The position numbers and the translations under genes were made by a program. Below, in pieces: positions 1 to 10,092 of a stretch of 64,000 bases of DNA. Origin of the DNA: Cyanidioschyzon merolae (lineage: Eukaryota); assembly GCA_000091205.1 (NCBI GenBank), contig AP006500.2; one strand, given 5' to 3'. The first letter of the stretch is position 1; every line of letters starts with the position of its first letter. The notes beneath the pieces are model-generated. The model made no database searches. It saw only the letters and a program-made list of their open reading frames with translations, and was not told the origin of the DNA.

Positions 1-657
1 GTCACGGCGAACGACGACGAGATCCCCGACTTGAACGTCGCGCCAAGCTTTGACGTGACTTTCCGCGTCAGATGCAGCATTTCCACTGTTCAGAACTTCA
101 ACAAGCGTCGCGTTAACACGACGATCCTCTCGATATCGCTTCAGGTCCTCGGCGAGCTCCTTTACGGCAGTGATAAAAATCAGAAAAGCCAGAGCCGCCA
201 GTGTAGCGTACCGGCCAGCAGTAAACACCGGTGTTATCGAGGAAATGAGGTACAGGATACCGACTATAAGGAAATAGAAGTTGGCCGGCCGCAATAGCTG
301 GCGCACCAGAAAGACTGGAACAAACGTCCACAGCTCGTACTGCGTTGTTGATATGTAGTTGCTCATGAAGCGCTGCTTCGCGTTGAACGTCGGGTTATTG
401 AGACGTACCACACGCGGTTCCGTCGACCGTTGCCGCTCAAACAGGGGACGCAAATCAGGATCTTTCAGAAACTGCACCAGACCGGCGGCGGCTCGCCGCC
501 ACCACGGCTGTGTCGCACTCGACGCAGTACTTGCTGCTGCAGGCGTGAACGCGCCAGCTCCGCCACCAACCCCCACGGTGGTACCGTTTAGCGAGTCATT
601 GCCTGAGGCAGAGGAAGCGCTGTCACGATCTCGTGACGCCGATGCCTCGAACCTCAT
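1..657 (-). CDS. P4-type phospholipid-transporting ATPase (flippase), N-terminal fragment; the gene continues beyond the left window edge
   Basis: I translated the reverse complement of 1-657 by hand: ATG at 657..655, then 219 codons open to position 1. The product is ...RVVRLNNPTFNAKQRFMSNYISTTQYELWTFVPVFLVRQLLRPANFYFLIVGILYLISSITPVFTAGRYATLAALAFLIFITAVKELAEDLKRYREDRRVNATLVEVL...AWRDVQVGDLVVVRRD. This matches the canonical P4-ATPase N-terminus (NDP..N...F..N.ISTTKY...TFLPKFLFEQF.R.ANLYFL...LQ.IP.ISP) through TM1/TM2 to the start of the actuator domain. It is missing from the ORF track because no stop codon occurs inside the window. Confidence 0.8.
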   Translation of the reverse strand, partial: MRFEASASRDRDSASSASGNDSLNGTTVGVGGGAGAFTPAAASTASSATQPWWRRAAAGLVQFLKDPDLRPLFERQRSTEPRVVRLNNPTFNAKQRFMSNYISTTQYELWTFVPVFLVRQLLRPANFYFLIVGILYLISSITPVFTAGRYATLAALAFLIFITAVKELAEDLKRYREDRRVNATLVEVLNSGNAASDAESHVKAWRDVQVGDLVVVRRD

Positions 658-3058
658 CTTTCCAGGGTACCTCACGCAAACAGGAAACAAGACCGCTGAA
701 ACGCGCACTCGAGGCAAACGACACGCATGCCAGACACGCAGCAGGCACGCATGCGTGTACGGCAGCAGCACCGCAATCGTGTCCGTTTTGTACTGGAAAT
801 ACCCGCGCGCATCACCGATGCAGGCGTGCGTATACACGGTGTCTGTCCGAATGGGCGCGCGCAAGTCCGGAAGCGCTTGCGAATCCGCCTGCCGGTGCCC
901 AGCGGGGGGCCTCGCGCACTATCGTGCAACTTTGGGAAAGGTCAGGATGGTTGAATCCGTACAGGAATCTCTTTATGCGTGCAGTGGCCATCGACACTTT
1001 CGGGACAACGTGCGATGACGCCCATTGAAACGCGCAGGCGTAGTTGTGCTGATCCGGTTCGGTGTCGATCACTGCAGCAGACGCACCAGTATCGTGGGCG
1101 CCGACCCGTGCCGCACGAGGTCGGCGTTTCGGACTCGGAGACAGGTAAGCTGGCGGCTGCTGTAACCTCGCACTGACTGGCATTCGGCTGAGGATTTTGG
1201 CTCGAGTCCGGACAAACGATGCCCCAGCGCATGCAGCTCATGTTCCAGAGCTTTTTCCGGCACCCGATCACTGCATCGAACCAGACCCCTGCATCCACAA
1301 TTGCAGTCGAAAACCAGGCAAGTGGCCGACACACCGCTCCAAAGAGTATCCCAACGTTTCACAAGCTCCAAACTAGGTTACCAAAAGTAGCATCAAGGAG
1401 TCCAGGCCGCAGCTTCGCTGGCGTATCGAGCATGCGAAAAATACCGACGCTGCGATGCTGTGCGCGTCATGGCAGCGTTTCGGCGCCATGGCGCATCGCA
1501 GCGTGCACGCACGACGCCGACTCTGTCAAAAGCACCCACAAGTCTGTCTCCAGTGTCCGCCAACGCCACCAGATGATCGACATTGTGGCAGCGTGCGCGT
1601 GTGAGGCGCGTACGCCACAAACGTAGAAAACGAACGCTTGTGAACGCTCGTGACGCGGCGATCTCAGCGATCATCATCACACCCGCCCGGGTGCGGACAC
1701 TGACTCGCTGAATACGACGCTAACGGTTGTTGCGGTGGGTGTTATTGAAGCCTGCCAGGTAGCCCTCTCTGGGGAACGTCCGAGCGCTGGCGGACGCTGG
1801 AGGCTTCTGCCCATGGGGCTACCTGAGCACACATCCTGTAACCCGGAACGGGGGCCACAGGCCTTCGAGCAGTGTCGCAAGCTCTGGCTGCACAGCTCGG
1901 ACGCGGCCGTTCCCGTGCGAAAGGTACCGAAACGCACCAGTGCACCGCAACGACTCTGGCGACTGTTTTGCTTGAGGGCGCCTGCTGAAAGCGATGAACT
2001 TGTGGAGCTAGAAATGCATAACCACAAGTGTGTTGGCGCAAACGGGGCTGGTACCCTTGTTTCTGCGAGCGAGGTTTCTGGTACAGAGGGCAGCGCCGAG
2101 GTTGAAGTGTCGCAGCGTACGGCTCCGACCTCAAAGCCGCGCACCACGCTACCGCACCGGAAACGGCGTCGACTTCGGCAAGAGATCGCCTCTATGCTAG
2201 AAACGTCGACGGAAACCTTTACGTTCTCCGAACCGATTCCGCTTTCATTGCTTGTAGAAGTCTTGGTCGAGAGCAGGGAAGTTTCCACGGCGTCAGACAC
2301 GCGCTTCCAGCCACTCGAACTTCTTCACTAAGACACCCGAGCGTAAAAGGACGTGACAGGCACAGTCACCTCTCGGTAGAAGCGAACTTGAATTGGTGTA
2401 CAGTGCTGGCACAGCCGCCCAGCTGACTTGGTTTGAGCACGTCCGCAGTCTTCCCTGCAGCATGCATGAAGATGGCGGCGGCTGTGAATGTACAGAGAGA
2501 TGGTAACGATGTGATAAAGGGTGCCATGGTAGCGCCTCTGTAATGGTCGGTGCATACTGGATGGACCACCGCGAACAGTACGTCTGTCTAGGCAGGCGCT
2601 CCCACTCGTAAAGGACTTGTGGATTGACTCGAGTCTTGCGTCACAGGACCTGTCGAGCTCCATGGCTTCAGAGCTTCCAGCAATCCAGTGTGGTGGCTCG
2701 TGGAGCAGCAACTCGTTGCTGGGTACCTTCCCTTCTCTGTAGCCGAGAGTGCCCCGCGTGCAGTGTAGTGCGCACTGGACGTAGAGCGAAGCGTATCCAA
2801 ACCATGAGGGCATGCAGCGATAGCACCGATCGACAGGGATATTGCCAGGTGATACGCCCCCTGCGCGCCAGTCTCCCAGATCGTATCGAACAGCGGATCA
2901 ACACACGATGACGCAAGCCGTATACGCATAGACGGATACAATATGCAGCTGGAAGAGCATCGTCGTTGTCGCACAGCTTTAGGGAAATCGATTCGGCGAG
3001 CCGCTACCGCTCCTATGCTCATCTAGCAACAGAGAATAACGACCTTGGCGAGGTCCGT

Positions 3059-4501
3059 TCAGGTCGCTGATGATGGTGCGGTCGCCTCCATCCAAGGCTC
3101 CCAAACACGCTCATAGACGTGCGGCCCCAGGAATCGCAGTTCGCGACGATCCAGTCCCGCTGCTGCCGGTTCATCCATGGATATGATGCGGCACCCGACT
3201 TTGACGCGGGCGAGATCGAGCATGCCGATACGCGGGCAAAGTAGTACGTCTGCGTCCCAGAGCATTTTCCCGTTCGTTTCAATCATGACCGATGTGAATT
3301 TGATGGATTCATCTGGTTTGGCGGCGATTTTGCGTGCCTCACGAATCTCATCATTCATTGGGTCATAGGGTTCGTCCACCATATTGTAGGCGGCTCGCCA
3401 GGCAGCCTCGTCCGCTGCGGCTTTGGCGCGTGCCGCAGCAAACGTAGCATCCTCGACCTGTTGCATGATTCTCTGGATTGCATCGAGTCGCTCCTGGGCC
3501 TCGCTGGATTCCTCGAGACCGTCGGGCATCACCACGATACCCCGTCCGCAGCCGAAATCGAACGCAGTAATCGCCGCAAGCACCCAGCGCCCGTCGCCGC
3601 AATCCCAGTGCACGAAAACATCCCCGGGTCGGGGTCGAGCAATACGCAACGCCTCGAAGAACCAGGCCACGGAAGCGTTCAGAAGTGATGCCTGCTTCGA
3701 CACCGAGACCCCGAAATCGTCGTAGAATCGACGAACAAATGCGCAAGTCGCTCGCTCTCGCTCCGCATCGAGTACGCGGTTCCCACTGAGCTTCTGCTGG
3801 GTTTCCCAGGTCATGTCGGGAAACTCTTGCACGTGATCGAACTCGGGGCCGGTTCCCTGCCATGGTACGTAGTCATCTGTGAAAATCGGATCAGTGAAAT
3901 AAATGGTTTGGAAGAAGCGCAGGCCGCTCGTATCGTTGTAGGCCCACTTGCGCGTGGGTCCAATGCGCCGTCCCAGTTCCTCCAGGATCGCCTCCGACAG
4001 CTCCCGAGGCAGCGCTTGGAAGAACGCGTCACGCTCAAGAATGTAGTCGGGGTCAAACTCTATGGGCGGGAACGGCTGCCGCGGCTGGTTCACCGCGAAC
4101 TCGTAGCCCGGTCGATCCCCCGCTGGCCAGTACATGTCGTGTTTCAGTTCGGGGTGCTGTTCCAGGAACTTGTCCGGCGGGATCGAGTAGTCGACGTCTT
4201 CTCGAATGAATTTGACGCCTTTCGAAGCGGTTTCCATGATGCGCTCCAGCTTCGCGGCTGCGGCCTTGTGATATGCGTCCCATTCGGAGAGAATACGGTC
4301 TACCTCGGCATCATCCATCGGTTCGATACGCCTCTTTGGGTCACCACTTGCATTCTCTTTGGCAACGTACTCAACAAGTTTGTCCAGAAAGACGTTATCC
4401 TCGAAGAGCTGAGAAAAGCAGGGGTCTGGCCGTCGGTAGGCCCGTTCAAGCAGTGCGACATAGAAAGAAATCGGAGGATGGGGTGGTCGCTTCAATATCA
4501 T
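3059..4501 (-). CDS. Conserved hypothetical protein (~480 aa); a weak GxGxG-like motif (AFDFGCGRG), not supportable as a family call
   Basis: The long ORF 3059..4840 starts at GTG; the first in-frame ATG is at 4501 (cat on the + strand, checked). Downstream the sequence looks like ordinary protein (MILKRPPHPP...VFVHWDCGDGRWVLAAITAFDFGCGRGIVVMPDG...RELRFLGPHVYERVWEPWMEA). The 110 codons upstream of that ATG are R-rich and low-complexity. I recognise no family. Confidence 0.5.
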   Translation of the reverse strand: MILKRPPHPPISFYVALLERAYRRPDPCFSQLFEDNVFLDKLVEYVAKENASGDPKRRIEPMDDAEVDRILSEWDAYHKAAAAKLERIMETASKGVKFIREDVDYSIPPDKFLEQHPELKHDMYWPAGDRPGYEFAVNQPRQPFPPIEFDPDYILERDAFFQALPRELSEAILEELGRRIGPTRKWAYNDTSGLRFFQTIYFTDPIFTDDYVPWQGTGPEFDHVQEFPDMTWETQQKLSGNRVLDAERERATCAFVRRFYDDFGVSVSKQASLLNASVAWFFEALRIARPRPGDVFVHWDCGDGRWVLAAITAFDFGCGRGIVVMPDGLEESSEAQERLDAIQRIMQQVEDATFAAARAKAAADEAAWRAAYNMVDEPYDPMNDEIREARKIAAKPDESIKFTSVMIETNGKMLWDADVLLCPRIGMLDLARVKVGCRIISMDEPAAAGLDRRELRFLGPHVYERVWEPWMEATAPSSAT

Positions 4502-5414
4502 ATTACTTTCATCGTGGTTCGGCGGTGAGGGTGGCTTTGTTTCCGCACGCAGTGTCCTGCGGAGCCGCACCGTCTGGACGTGTCGCCAGCAAGGGCGGCA
4601 TCCCGCGTGCTGCCTGTGCAACGTGTTCGGTCTTCGGTGCTTGCTGAATTCAGTGCAAAGGTGTGGTAAACGCAAGTCCACTATGAAGGCTGGTAGCAGT
4701 GCTCCGCTCATGAGGCGCACACGCACGTCGGCTGTGGAGTCGCTCCGAGCAGCTTTGCGTCCGGTTTCCCAGTTCTTCGTACGCAGCAGCCAGGTTAACA
4801 GTTTCCTCACAAGAGTGACCGAGGTAGAACGGTTTCCCACACTCGTTACGTTCTCTTCTCGAACAAAACCAACGCGATATTCTTCAATGAAGGGCGCTTG
4901 AGTCGCCAGCGGACGTCGGTGCCGTTGACACGGCCTGCTATGTGCTTGCTGAACGGCGATCGACGGTGATAGTCGTGTACCGCGGGCGAAACAAACGCTG
5001 ACGAAATCATCGTTCTAGCGGTAGTGGCATTGCATCCATGGAATGGCTAGGAGAAACATGGCATTCATGGATCGCTCTCAAAGAGATTTACTTTCAGTGC
5101 GTTGCATGGAATGAGCAGTTCACCAGCTGAGCGCACGCCCAGGAGGCACTGCTCGGGTGCGCCCTGTCGCAGTGCGGCTAGTCAGGATGCGGCGTCTGGA
5201 GGTGCACCACCAGTCCGCACCGCGTCGCTACGCAGCACGTCGTCGATCATTGCAGAGCGATAGGCGTGAACGCGGAACCTGCCGCAGCCTGTACCCGTGT
5301 GCTTGCTCGGACGTCGACGTACACAGGAACGCTTCGCCCGTATACGTACATATCCATATACAGGCATGCGACAAGACACATATATATACTGCATCCTGGT
5401 GTGTTTCGAGCTCT

Positions 5415-6797
5415 CTAGTCCACGAAAGCATCCAAGGTGCTATCCAGGCCAAAGGCACGCTTCACCAACTCAAACGTAGTCCAAGCGATCGCGCCGGCCG
5501 GGGCATGAAAAAGCATGCGAGGTACGAGACCGGCCCAGAGGCCGCGAGCACCCTCCTCCAGAGCCACTGCCCGGAACGCTACCCACATGTTCCGATAACG
5601 TCGTGCCCCTGCTTCGCCTTGCGTTTGGAGACGCGTTCGCACCACATCCAACGGGTTGGTCATGCCTGCGGCAGCCGCACCAGCGATAGCGCCACTCACA
5701 AAGTGCACACCATGCCGCGCGAAACCGTTTGATGGAGACTGCTGGCGGGTAGTCATGTCCTCGGACGAAATCAAAAGTGATAGCGCTTCACGGCATGCCT
5801 CGTAAACGCTAAAGTACGTTGCACTGAAAGGCACATTCATTACCAGCGCCGTGCTGTATCCGGCGTACAACGCGCGAAACCCTCCCTGCTCCCGGTAAAC
5901 TCGAAGCAAAGTATCCCATACTGAGCGGTAGTGTCGCTCGATTTGCATACGCTGCTTAACCACATCGAAAGGCGCCATGAGTCCATCGCTGAATACCGTC
6001 GCAAGTGCGCCTGCTGCAGCCACGGCAACCGGCTCCGACAAACCTCCTCGTCGTTCTGTCGTCCATGCGACTTCCGGTACGGAGCCACTACCACGAATAG
6101 CGGCTAAGGATACAAAGCGAGCTCGCAAAGCCTCATAGGTTGCAAAATAGACGGCATGTGCAGGACCTGCCGACAACGCCACTGCACCAACTCCACGCCA
6201 GAGCGCACGGAGACCGCCTTCGTCCCGCCAAATAGCTCGAACAGCGCTGATAATGGTGTAGCTGGCAAAGCCTGCCTGCCCATGATACGACTGCATCCGC
6301 GTCTTGACCAAGTCTACCGGATAAAGACAGATGTGCTCGGCAAGACCTGCGGCCCCGCCTGCGAGCATATGCTGGAGCGCTAGAGGCAAGTTGTCCTGCA
6401 AACGTGCTCTGGTGCTGGTGGTACGACCAAGTGCGTCACCGGCGCAAGCGTGCACCACTGGAGCGCGTCGTTCTATCTGTTCATGTGGTACACTGGTCTC
6501 GCTACCGACCGCGTTCTTTGGAGACGGTGCTGGCGGCTCTGCGAACGTCTGAGGTTTCCGTGGACACGTCGACTGGGCCACCGCCGCAGACGACACGGGC
6601 TCCACCGAAAACGCGCTTTCTCGTAGTGAGATCGTTGGCGATCGTTCCGCATGTACGGTTTGATGTCTATCCAACTTTGACGCGGCAGCGGGCGTACCAG
6701 TTTCAACCTCCGTTGAAAGACTCGGGCTCGAGCCGCTGGCGTTCCGTGGCCACGACACCGGCAACGTTGTACCCGCGCCGGACCGCCAACTTGCCAT
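5415..6797 (-). CDS. Mitochondrial carrier family protein (SLC25), mitoferrin/MRS3-4-like; three Mito_carr repeats plus a ~130-aa N-terminal extension
   Basis: Three carrier signature repeats are present: PVDLVKTRMQ, PFDVVKQRMQ and PLDVVRTRLQ, each followed by the expected helix patterns. The first repeat, MLAGGAAGLAEHICLYPVDLVKTRMQS, closely matches the mitoferrin/MRS3-4 first repeat. The ORF-track start at 6830 is TTG; the first ATG is at 6797 (checked). Confidence 0.85.
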   Translation of the reverse strand: MASWRSGAGTTLPVSWPRNASGSSPSLSTEVETGTPAAASKLDRHQTVHAERSPTISLRESAFSVEPVSSAAVAQSTCPRKPQTFAEPPAPSPKNAVGSETSVPHEQIERRAPVVHACAGDALGRTTSTRARLQDNLPLALQHMLAGGAAGLAEHICLYPVDLVKTRMQSYHGQAGFASYTIISAVRAIWRDEGGLRALWRGVGAVALSAGPAHAVYFATYEALRARFVSLAAIRGSGSVPEVAWTTERRGGLSEPVAVAAAGALATVFSDGLMAPFDVVKQRMQIERHYRSVWDTLLRVYREQGGFRALYAGYSTALVMNVPFSATYFSVYEACREALSLLISSEDMTTRQQSPSNGFARHGVHFVSGAIAGAAAAGMTNPLDVVRTRLQTQGEAGARRYRNMWVAFRAVALEEGARGLWAGLVPRMLFHAPAGAIAWTTFELVKRAFGLDSTLDAFVD

Positions 6798-7984
6798 GAC
6801 TCTCTCGGAAGTCTCGAGAGTTCGCACCAAAGTCCTAGTTCTACAGCGTACCCCGTTACGTCCGAGGGTGCGGTCCGTACCCGAGCAGACGGACCCCGCC
6901 AGAACTGCCCCGCAGCGCCCGTTCGAGGGTTACGTTCGGCGACCGCCACGAGAGGCTGCAACTCCGGACCTCCCAATGCGGGCACAGGGGGAACGCTCTG
7001 TAAAGAGGTATTTGCGAGAAAGAAGCTGCCGTGTTCGCCCCGTGAAGTGTTAGGTCTGAGCTGGGGTTTCGGAGTTCTGAATGGAGGGTATCCCCATTCA
7101 GAGACACTGGGGGTGGTACACCGCAGGTTTCTACTGCGGCTGTGTTGCTGCCGGTGTCTACCTGGGCTACAGACGGGAGCGACACTGGCGGGAGCAGGGC
7201 GTCGGTCTCCGCAGTCCCCGCCAGCCGCCGCTCTTTTTTCTCGGGAAGGACCGTACGACGAAAGAGTACTTGGAGCAAAAAGGTGAGACCGGCAGTGGAG
7301 CGCTCACGCAAGGCGCTCCGCGCTCACGTCCGCAGCGCTAATCCACGTCGTTTGTTGTGTGCGTGGTGACGGTGCCCGGTGCCGCGACTGATGCCGTGTA
7401 AGGTTGGGAGGAAGAGCGCTGTAGAGGTAGGGAAAGATGGGACTGGAATGGAGAGTGCATTTTGGAAAACTGGGTTGCTAAGCCCAATTTCTAGAAGCAC
7501 GCACTGCGCTTTTGGGAGTTGCGACGCTCTCCGGGCAGGTAGCAGGCAAACGAGAGACGGAACCTTGACCTGTATCGTTGAACCCGGACGCGTGCTTGAA
7601 TATCGAAGGGATACAAGCCGCGCGGCCTGACACAATGCTTCAGGTGCAGCCTACGTCTTGACGTGGGCAAATCATGTGCATAGGCGTTGGGGGTGTTCGT
7701 AGGCGCTGTGCTCTATACAGGGACGCACATGCGTCTGGTGCGCGTTGCCTGGGGGCATGCATCTCAGCACTCGATGCGACGGATATTACGAGTCAGACCT
7801 GCAGTGATGGAAAGCCCATGTCGGATAAATTTTTCTGTTAGAGTTTCACACATGGGATGGATTATCGAGAATCACGCTCCACCGCATCGCATGCCGTATA
7901 CTGGAGGATGCAGCGCGCAACATTCACTGACGAAATCATGGTGCGACATGGGCACTGCGGCACGCGCCTAGGAATGGTATGCAT

Positions 7985-8215
7985 AACATGCAAGCACCAT
8001 AGGTACTGTGCATTTCTCTGGACTCTGTATCTTGGCTTGATATGGGCATCGTGATACCGATAACACGCAAGCACCATAGGTACTGTGCATTTCTCTGGGC
8101 TCCGTATCTTGGCTTGATATGGCCATCGTCATACCGATAACACGCAAGCACCATAGGTACTGTGCATTTCTCTGGACTCTGTATCTTGGCTTGATATGGC
8201 CATCGATGGAGGCTC
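7985..8215. repeat. Minisatellite: ~78-bp unit x3 (gcaagcaccataggtactgtgcatttctctggactctgtatcttggcttgatatgg(g/c)catcgtgataccgataacac)
   Basis: Unit starts are spaced 78 bp then 77 bp (the string gcaagcacc at 7989, 8067, 8144) with only a few substitutions. This explains the near-identical short ORFs listed at 7857-8253 on both strands. Confidence 0.8.
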
Positions 8216-8479
8216 AACCGTATATAGGGTCTCGTCCGCCGCCACGCGATCATCGTCAGCTATGTCGCAGCATCTGCACGTCCATGCATTGCATCCTTGA
8301 CAAGCGTTCGACTGCTCGCCCCGAAAGGAATTTAACTTCACGGAGAACGGGGCAATGCACCTCGCCATACAGAGGAAACGCTCCCGCATATTGGACACGG
8401 CCATAGGCCAGAGCGCTAGCTGAAGATCATCCAGAGGTTCTGGGGGGAGTGCTCGCCACACCCGGTGTCAGATGAAAAT

Positions 8480-9330
8480 GGAACACTGAATGGCTCGATC
8501 TCGAACTGTTTTTCGATTCCTCTCAAAATTTTCGTTTAGCTGTGAATACTCGACATACAGAGTGCAGCGTTTGAAGCATAAGGAGTCGTACGTATCGTTC
8601 GGATTCTCATGCGTCGAGTCTGAGTGGAACCCTGGATACGCTGCTGCCGGAATTCGTTGCGTCACCGGATTCAAGATGATTCGCGATGCCCTCGAACAAG
8701 GCTTTGTGAAGCTATCGATATCATCATCCAATGCAGACGTGCAAGCATGCACTCTTTTCCATTCCCTGTGCAAAGGTCGCTGAAATCATGCGATCTTTAG
8801 GATGTCGATCTATCCGCTTCCGAGCAACTGTTGGTCGCAGCAATTCACGCCCCCCGATTGACGAGGAAAGAAGATCGGCGTCGTCCGTTGACGTTTTCTT
8901 CACAAGCTCGTGCCGCAAGTTCACTTACTTTGCCACGTCAGCTATTCGATTCCGTTCGAGAGACAAATCACTCTCTTGTTGTGGCCGTCGACGACACCGC
9001 ATACGACAGCATCACCATACCGCTTATGGGGTTTGCTTCCAAGGGCTCCCTTCTCTTCTGTCTACATGGAAACGTGTCTTGGACTGGGAATCGAGTCATT
9101 GCAGTGATCGCTTCCAGAGGAACGTACGTCATCGCTCTGCTCCAAAGGAGCGTAGACGGATCGACACATCCCTACCTGATCCCTGGCCTGAATGATTTTT
9201 CCGTGACTCGTTTCATGATGGACAACATCTCTTTCCATACACCATCTGTTGAATGGAACAGCATGTGCTTGCGTATGCAGCGAGCAGCCTACCTGCCAAC
9301 TGGGTCGCTTCGAAAAAGCAGCCCGTGATC
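8480..9330 (+). mobile_element. Decayed pogo/Tigger-like (DDE_1 superfamily) DNA transposon fragment, copy 1
   Basis: Frameshifted ORFs encode an HTH-like stretch MIRDALEQGFVKLSISSSNADVQA and then DDE_1 motifs: VVAVDDTAYDS (the DE..g region) and FMMDNISFHTPS (the [LM]DN.s.H region). The same protein segments recur at 18850-19900, 30300-30740, 40560-41110, 54100-54700 and 61950-63133. Confidence 0.6.
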
Positions 9331-10092
9331 ATAGGGCACGGCACCGGGCGCTGAGACAAAGGACGGCATCGAGGATTGCACGCTTTACCAGTCGAAGGCG
9401 TGTACAGCATGAATAAGCAAACGTTCACGCGCCACAGAGCGGCCCCCGGGAAAGGAAGCCTCGTAGACATCTGGGATTACCGGACCACAATCCAGCGTCA
9501 CCAGAGCGGTGGACGCACCCAGGATGCATACGAAGAAGATAAAAATCGCATGCGAAGCGTACATCCCAACCATCGACTATGCATCGAATGCGTTGTCCGC
9601 AGCTGGCAGCCGCGAAATCGGGGCATGCACGCTGCCATCATCACCCATGGACTGCTGACGATAAAGCAGGAGGCAAAAAGAGAGACCGGCGTTTCAGAGA
9701 CGGATCCAGGAAAGAGGAATCGGAAGCAGTCACAAAAAAATCCCGAAAATGGCAGATGCTGAATTTGATGAAAGTAGAAGGACATCAAATCTTTAGCATG
9801 TGCGCCCGTTTTCGTAGACCTGTTCCATTTCTTTCTGACATGCGCACAGCATCCCAGCGCGCTGCTACGTACTTGATACCCACCAAAGTGCATCTCGATC
9901 GCTGCAATACGTCGACCAAGACATTGAGGGCGTACCAAGGGCGCTGTGTTCATCACGCAACAAACCTGGGTCTGCGCCAAGAGCGCCTCCAGCGGCAAGC
10001 AACTGCCGCAGCTTCATTGTCTGAACCAGACCAAAACCGTCACGTATAGGTTGCAATGGCACTCGAACACGCCTTGCTCATGTCTACCTCGC

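Noticed and set aside
4502-4840. N-terminal 113 codons of ORF 3059..4840, and similar 5' extensions of ORFs 5415..6830, 10093..11796, 12970..14052, 15192..17225, 35084.., 57214..
   Set aside because: I checked these ORF-track starts against the sequence: they are GTG or TTG codons, not ATG. The extensions are R-rich and low-complexity. Features were trimmed to the first in-frame ATG.
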